From an uncultured Deferribacteres bacterium (GTDB lineage Bacteria; Zhuqueibacterota; Zhuqueibacteria; Zhuqueibacterales; Geothermadaptataceae), in NCBI GenBank assembly GCA_964014485.1, contig CAXHAT010000098.1:1-27593 (forward strand): a stretch of DNA of 27,593 bases. Reading direction: 5' to 3'. Each line of letters begins with the position of its first letter. The stretch's first letter is position 1. Under the pieces are notes generated by a model that was not told the origin of the DNA, searched no databases, and saw only the letters and a list, made by a program, of their open reading frames with translations. Below, piece by piece: positions 25,456-27,593 of this stretch. The translations under genes and the position numbers were made by a program.

Positions 25456-26985
25456 GTGAATGCTGAAAAGTCCAGTCCCGATATTGCGTTAGAAATGCAA
25501 GGCGTTTCAAAACGCTTTGGCGCTACAGTCGCGCTGGACGGCGTTGATTTAACACTTAAAAAGGGCGAAGTCCACGCCCTTGTCGGTGAGAACGGAGCAG
25601 GCAAAAGCACACTGATGAAAATTCTCTCCGGCGCGCATCAAGCGAACGCCGGAAAAATGCGTTTGTTTGGAAGGGCTTATCAACCGTCCGGGCCTTTGGA
25701 AGCGCGGCGGCTTGGCGTAGCGATGATTTATCAGGAGCTTTCACTTGCGCCGCATTTGACTGTGCAGGAAAATATTTTTCTCGGCGCAGAACACACGACG
25801 AAAGGCGTTTTTCTCGACCGGGAAAAAATGCGCGACAAAACGCGCGAAGTTCTCGCGCAATTCGATCACCCTGAAATCAAGCCGGAAACGCAAGTTTTAA
25901 AGCTTTCCCAAAGCGCGCAGCAATTGGTGGAGATTGCCCGCGCCCTTTCCGCCGGCTGCCAAATTCTGGTCTTCGACGAACCGACGAGCAGCTTGGCGCA
26001 ACAGGATATCCAGAGACTTTTTGAGATTATCCGGCAACTTCAAGACAAAGGTTTATCGATCATCTACATTTCCCATTTCCTGGAAGAAGTGCAGGAAATT
26101 GCAGACCGCGTTACAATTCTACGCGACGGGCGAGCGGTTGGCACGCATGAAATCAATGCAATTTCCACTGATGACGTCGTGCGAGCAATGGTCGGACGGG
26201 AGATTGAAGCACTTTACCCGCGCTCATCCCGGACGCGCGGCGAAAAATTGCTGCAAGTCTCGAATCTGGCCGGTTTTGAAAAGCCAATTGACGCGTCGCT
26301 CGAACTGTATCGCGGCGAGGTTCTGGGAATCTGCGGTCTCGTCGGCGCAGGGCGGACTGAGTTTTTGCGTGCGCTTTTTGGCCTTGATCCGGTGGTAAAC
26401 GGTGAGATTCGAATTGGTTTGGCCTCGGGGATTGCAACGCCGCGAAAACGGTGGCAACAAGGCGCGGGCATGTTAAGCGAGAGCAGAAAAGAAGAAGGTT
26501 TGGCTATCAATCTCAGCATCGCTGAAAACGTCACCCTTTCAAAACTGCACGGCTTTGGGCCGTCTATGCTCGTGCTTCCCGGCAAACAAAATGAGAGCAC
26601 GCAATTTTGGATTGACGAGCTGGACATTCGGTGTGAAAATCCGGCACAAGCCGTTGAAAATCTCTCCGGCGGCAATCAACAAAAGGCCGCGCTTGCTCGA
26701 CTTTTACAACACGACGTGGACATTCTTTTGCTCGACGAACCGACGCGCGGCGTAGACGTAGCCGCCAAAGCAAAAATCTATGAAGTTATTGACGCCATCG
26801 TTTCCGGCAAGGACGGCAGAACGCCGAAAGCCGTTCTCATGGTCAGCAGCTACTTGCCCGAATTGCTCGGCGTTTGTGATCGTATCGCCGTCATGTCGCG
26901 CGGCAAACTTTTGCAAGCACGACCCGTGGAAGAAATGGACGAGCACCAACTCATGCTTGCCGCAACGGGACAGTCTTCGGAATAA
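25456..26985 (+). CDS. Sugar ABC transporter ATP-binding protein (RbsA-like, two NBDs)
   Basis: GENGAGKSTL, FDEPTSSL, LSGGNQQK, LLDEPTRGVDV and SSYLPELL motifs. Confidence 0.95.
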   Translation: MNAEKSSPDIALEMQGVSKRFGATVALDGVDLTLKKGEVHALVGENGAGKSTLMKILSGAHQANAGKMRLFGRAYQPSGPLEARRLGVAMIYQELSLAPHLTVQENIFLGAEHTTKGVFLDREKMRDKTREVLAQFDHPEIKPETQVLKLSQSAQQLVEIARALSAGCQILVFDEPTSSLAQQDIQRLFEIIRQLQDKGLSIIYISHFLEEVQEIADRVTILRDGRAVGTHEINAISTDDVVRAMVGREIEALYPRSSRTRGEKLLQVSNLAGFEKPIDASLELYRGEVLGICGLVGAGRTEFLRALFGLDPVVNGEIRIGLASGIATPRKRWQQGAGMLSESRKEEGLAINLSIAENVTLSKLHGFGPSMLVLPGKQNESTQFWIDELDIRCENPAQAVENLSGGNQQKAALARLLQHDVDILLLDEPTRGVDVAAKAKIYEVIDAIVSGKDGRTPKAVLMVSSYLPELLGVCDRIAVMSRGKLLQARPVEEMDEHQLMLAATGQSSE

Positions 26986-27062
26986 CACTTTTCGGAGTGC
27001 GGTGATTCATCGTCGCCCCTTTCCAGCACCGTTTTTCGGATCAAACGCTGCTTCATTCTCAC

Positions 27063-27503
27063 CTATTGCCGCATAATCAGCCACACTCCAAAAAGAATGG
27101 TGGCCACCCCGGCAAGTTTGGTTAAATCGAACTCGCGAACGGGCGCGCCAAACAAGCCGAAATGATCGAGAATCGCCGCGACGATAAACTGCGATGAAAC
27201 GGTGATCGTGAAAACCGTGACGAGCCCCAGGCGCGGGACGACAAAGCCAAGCGTTCCGACAATGATAAGCCCTAGAAGTCCGGCTGTGAGCGCATACCAC
27301 GGCACGCTTTGCCACGCCATCAAATTGCCGCCCCGGTAAATGACCACCGCCGACAAAATCACGACGCCGCCACCGAAATAGGTGATAAAAATACTCTCCA
27401 TCGTCCCAAGCCCGCGATCCAAAAGCCCCATAAATTGCGCTTGCATCGCTGAAGCAATGCCGCAAATGATCGTTAAAACAACAAGCGCCGCCGTACTGCT
27501 CAT
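27063..27503 (-). CDS. DMT-superfamily small membrane protein (YdcZ/DUF606-like)
   Basis: G...AMQAQ..G.L, PWYALTAGLLG, PRLG and QFIVAAILDHFGLFG motifs; GGAGG SD. Confidence 0.88.
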   Translation of the reverse strand: MSSTAALVVLTIICGIASAMQAQFMGLLDRGLGTMESIFITYFGGGVVILSAVVIYRGGNLMAWQSVPWYALTAGLLGLIIVGTLGFVVPRLGLVTVFTITVSSQFIVAAILDHFGLFGAPVREFDLTKLAGVATILFGVWLIMRQ

Positions 27504-27593
27504 TTTATTTGCCTCCTCCTGAATCGTTTGTCTTATTTTCTGATGTTACGCGCCAGCTATGAAGCCAAAGAAACTCCTGTTAAAGTCATTCCC

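Noticed and set aside
27585..27593. GTCATTCCC at the window end as the start of a REP-like repeat
   Set aside because: Only 9 bp are visible; cannot be supported.

Overview
Bacterial window, probably FCB-group or KSB1/Calditrichota-like (a guess from gene content only). It begins in what looks like an IS3-family right end that truncates an NDT/TIR-like gene missing from the ORF track. The left arm is mostly minus-strand: TolB-like beta-propeller, AbrB-PIN toxin-antitoxin pair, TIGR03546/TIGR03545-like pair, uxuA, a small hypothetical gene among REP-like repeats, DUF1501 and a fused E1 2-oxoacid dehydrogenase. The right arm has a YdjY-like protein, a SAM methyltransferase, kbl, an exported TPR protein, a sugar ABC binding protein and ATPase with no permease, and a DMT transporter. 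The highlight is a co-oriented cluster at about 12.7-19.9 kb: ECF sigma factor, zinc-finger/TM/TPR anti-sigma, a 498-aa TPR protein, an unannotated 26-aa peptide gene (MILNIKVVMTEASGGGGPIDDPPDPD) with a strong RBS, and a 1052-aa TPR-CHAT caspase-like protease with an N-terminal export/anchor signal. The 498-aa protein is visibly a protease-less paralog of the CHAT protein's TPR region. Together these suggest a CRISPR-independent, possibly peptide-controlled protease to anti-sigma to sigma signalling cascade. All family calls come from motif recognition by eye; no searches were run.
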